Shown: positions 5,168 through 5,411 of the stretch, in pieces | How the letters are laid out: every line of letters begins with the position of its first letter | Numbering within the stretch: the first letter of the stretch is position 1 | The notes under the pieces: generated by a model | What the model was told of the DNA's origin: nothing | What the model saw: only the letters and a program-made list of their open reading frames with translations | The model's database searches: none | Position numbers and translations under genes: made by a program | From: an uncultured Roseburia sp. | GTDB lineage: Bacteria > Bacillota > Clostridia > Lachnospirales > Lachnospiraceae | Direction of reading: 5' to 3' | Length of the DNA stretch: 5,411 bases | Assembly: GCA_964484605.1 (NCBI GenBank) | Contig: CAZAGJ010000106.1 | Coordinates: forward strand, 1-5,411

Positions 5168-5202
5168 CTATCGTTACTGCTCATCTTGTCGGGGGTCATC
5201 CA

Positions 5203-5411
5203 TACTGATCAACCTCTCGGAGATCAACCCTACTGATCAACCTCTCGGAGATCAACCCTACTGATCAACCTCTCGGAGATCAACCCTACTGATCAACCTC
5301 TCGGAGATCAACCCTACTGATCAACCTCTCGGAGATCAACCCTACTGATCAACCTCTCGGAGATCAACCCTACTGATCAACCTCTCGGAGATCAACCCTA
5401 CTGATCAACCT
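5203..5411. repeat. Seven perfect 28-bp tandem units plus a 13-nt partial unit (tactgatcaacctctcggagatcaaccc)
   Basis: Unit starts are 5203, 5231, 5259, 5287, 5315, 5343, 5371 and 5399 (partial). All copies are identical by eye. GATCAACC occurs 15 times here with alternating 15/13-bp spacing. A degenerate half-unit, tcgggggtcatcca, precedes at 5189-5202. Confidence 0.95.

Larger units (their letters stand above)
1..5411 (-). mobile_element. Complete or near-complete circularly permuted inovirus-like (filamentous ssDNA phage) genome or replicative form
   Basis: The gene set is typical of a filamentous phage: Rep_trans-like initiator, gene-V-like small protein, pIII-like secreted anchored protein, several 40-60 aa single-TM proteins and a Zot/pI-like P-loop ATPase. 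All are on one strand, with overlapping or abutting genes. Both window ends sit in the same 28-bp tandem repeat, and the junction is one nucleotide short of a perfect unit. The given strand is visibly purine-rich, so the coding strand is pyrimidine-rich. Confidence 0.7.

Noticed and set aside
161-5236. Plus-strand ORFs from the track (161-424, 539-1045, 913-1158, 1298-1738, 4231-4791, 4976-5236)
   Set aside because: All are antisense to minus-strand genes that have motifs, SD sites or clear membrane-protein character. Their products are low-complexity or Arg/Ser/Asn-rich, as expected from translating the purine-rich antisense strand. 4976-5236 runs through the promoter, hairpins and terminator into the repeats and has no SD.
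5203-5411. CRISPR array interpretation of the 28-bp repeats
   Set aside because: The units are directly contiguous with no unique spacers between them. No cas genes or leader are present. It is a plain tandem repeat.
1-5411. The terminal repeats as LTR/ITR-type ends of a transposon or linear element
   Set aside because: The two ends are the same direct tandem repeat, nearly in phase, not inverted. No transposase or integrase is present. Circular permutation of a single array is the simpler explanation.

Overview
The window looks like a complete, circularly permuted ~5.4 kb genome of a small filamentous ssDNA phage (inovirus-like), or its plasmid-like replicative form. Both ends lie in the same perfect 28-bp tandem repeat array and are almost in phase, so the linear sequence was probably opened inside that array.

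All convincing genes are on the minus strand. In transcription order (high to low coordinates) they are:
- a sigma70/SigA-type promoter;
- a Rep_trans-type rolling-circle initiator;
- a gene-V-like small protein;
- a complete tRNA-Gln(UUG) cloverleaf;
- a secreted, C-terminally anchored pIII-like protein;
- five further ORFs: four small hydrophobic coat-like ORFs (42, 63, 41, 56 aa) and a 199-aa C-terminally anchored protein;
- a perfect 19-bp hairpin;
- a short Zot/pI-like assembly ATPase;
- a 65-aa protein with a ribbon-helix-helix-like pattern;
- the tandem array, a strong intrinsic terminator and a cluster of hairpins.

Strong Shine-Dalgarno sites, several TTG starts and the absence of a secretin gene suggest a monoderm (Firmicutes-like) host.

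The most unusual features are the full tRNA gene inside such a small ssDNA-phage-type genome, and the roughly 9.5-unit array carrying 19 copies of GATCAACC next to the RHH-like gene.

All family assignments come from motifs read by eye. No database or HMM search was possible.
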